From: Burkholderiales bacterium
Lineage (GTDB): Bacteria; Pseudomonadota; Gammaproteobacteria; Burkholderiales; SG8-41
NCBI GenBank assembly: GCA_964203275.1
Contig: CAXNMF010000007.1
Location: 84,405-148,404 of the forward strand
Direction of reading: 5' to 3'
DNA: 64,000 bases
In this document: piece by piece, positions 63,650-64,000 of the stretch
Numbering within the stretch: position 1 is the first letter of the stretch
How the letters are laid out: every line of letters begins with the position of its first letter
Position numbers and translations under genes: made by a program
The notes under the pieces: generated by a model
What the model was told of the DNA's origin: nothing
Database searches by the model: none
Seen by the model: the letters and a program-made list of their open reading frames with translations, nothing else

Positions 63650-64000
63650 AACGCACCTCGTAATCTGCAAGCGCCGTTTTCAGACGCTCTCGAATCAATC
63701 CGACATCTTGCTGCGCAGTACGTACACCGGAAGGCGATTTTTTCTGAAAACTGTGCAACACATAAACTGCCTTCTCAAACCGGACCACAAAAACCACGCG
63801 CCAAGTATCACCGCGCCAGTCCTCCACCAACTCGAACACGCCCGGGCCCTCGCCTTTCCAGGGCTTGGCGGCGGGTGGCATTCCACCGGCTTGCACCACG
63901 CCCAGCAAGTATCCAAAGCTATCGATCACCAGCGCCGGAAATCCCAGCAAATCTTTCTTTGCTGAGCCCACCCAATGCAAAGGTTTCTCTGACGCTGCCG
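63639..64000 (-). CDS. RelE/HigB-type toxin (phage Gp49-like/DUF891 type), 5' end probably beyond the window
   Basis: HWVGSAKKDLLGFP...KPWKGEGPGVFELVED...YVLHSFQKKSPSGVRT. The frame stays open to base 64000, so the listed TTG at 63980 may not be the true start. Confidence 0.75.
   Translation of the reverse strand, partial: AASEKPLHWVGSAKKDLLGFPALVIDSFGYLLGVVQAGGMPPAAKPWKGEGPGVFELVEDWRGDTWRVVFVVRFEKAVYVLHSFQKKSPSGVRTAQQDVGLIRERLKTALADYEVRYGQ

Noticed and set aside
1-64000. A search by eye for CRISPR arrays, tRNA/rRNA genes, IS elements, integrases and prophage blocks.
   Set aside because: None was recognised. There is no regularly spaced direct-repeat array, no cloverleaf-like conserved tRNA segment, and no transposase or integrase motif in any of the six frames. 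A tRNAscan/Infernal run would be needed for formal exclusion of small RNAs.

Overview
This is a GC-rich chromosomal segment (about 60-65% GC by eye, not computed). It most resembles a betaproteobacterium of the Burkholderiales type, because eight Bug/TctC-family solute receptors occur in 64 kb with no TctA/TctB permease genes nearby. I call about 64 tightly packed protein-coding genes. I recognised no rRNA, tRNA, CRISPR array, transposase or integrase. Gene content in order:
- Left end to about 13.8 kb: DMT transporter fragment, group II truncated hemoglobin, TamA/TamB, Bug receptor plus malonyl-CoA decarboxylase, then a minus-strand cluster (enoyl-CoA hydratase, HIBADH-like reductase, Ldh_2 oxidoreductase, IlvD/Edd dehydratase, SET-domain methyltransferase).
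- About 14-25 kb: class II ribonucleotide reductase NrdJ, an RraA-like/sulfatase/Bug module, an OxyR / rubredoxin-less rubrerythrin / rubredoxin / ZIP / rubredoxin reductase cluster, and a rhomboid protease.
- About 25-43 kb: FNT channel plus an unknown protein, M15 peptidase, nitroreductase plus a periplasmic CPHC-thioredoxin/CcdA-like fusion, MFS transporters, GIY-YIG, a frameshifted amidase and a frameshifted Bug receptor, FKBP, dienelactone hydrolase, racemase-like protein, AmiD-like amidase, exonuclease and HIT.
- About 43-64 kb: a membrane-anchored Mrr-like nuclease, an nnrU/Trp-rich/enolase-superfamily/Bug/SOUL operon, two paralogous class V aminotransferases around PrpF plus Bug, a FimV-like protein, a PEP-CTERM protein, a TauD-like dioxygenase, an HI0933 flavoprotein and a HigB/HigA-like toxin-antitoxin pair cut by the window edge.
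No clear novel multi-gene system stands out. The observations most worth a second look are:
1. A SET methyltransferase with a histone H1-like lysine tail is translationally coupled to a dehydratase that carries its own 4-residue-periodic lysine tail.
2. A roughly 35-bp AT-rich intergenic repeat has three strong copies that start at or just after TAA stop codons and sit about 9.54 kb apart.
3. A signal-peptide-only paralog of the PEP-CTERM gene leader sits between two terminators.
4. A nitroreductase forms an operon with a thioredoxin/CcdA-like fusion protein.
5. Two neighbouring genes each carry a 1-nt frameshift.
All functional calls rest on motif recognition by eye, with no database search.
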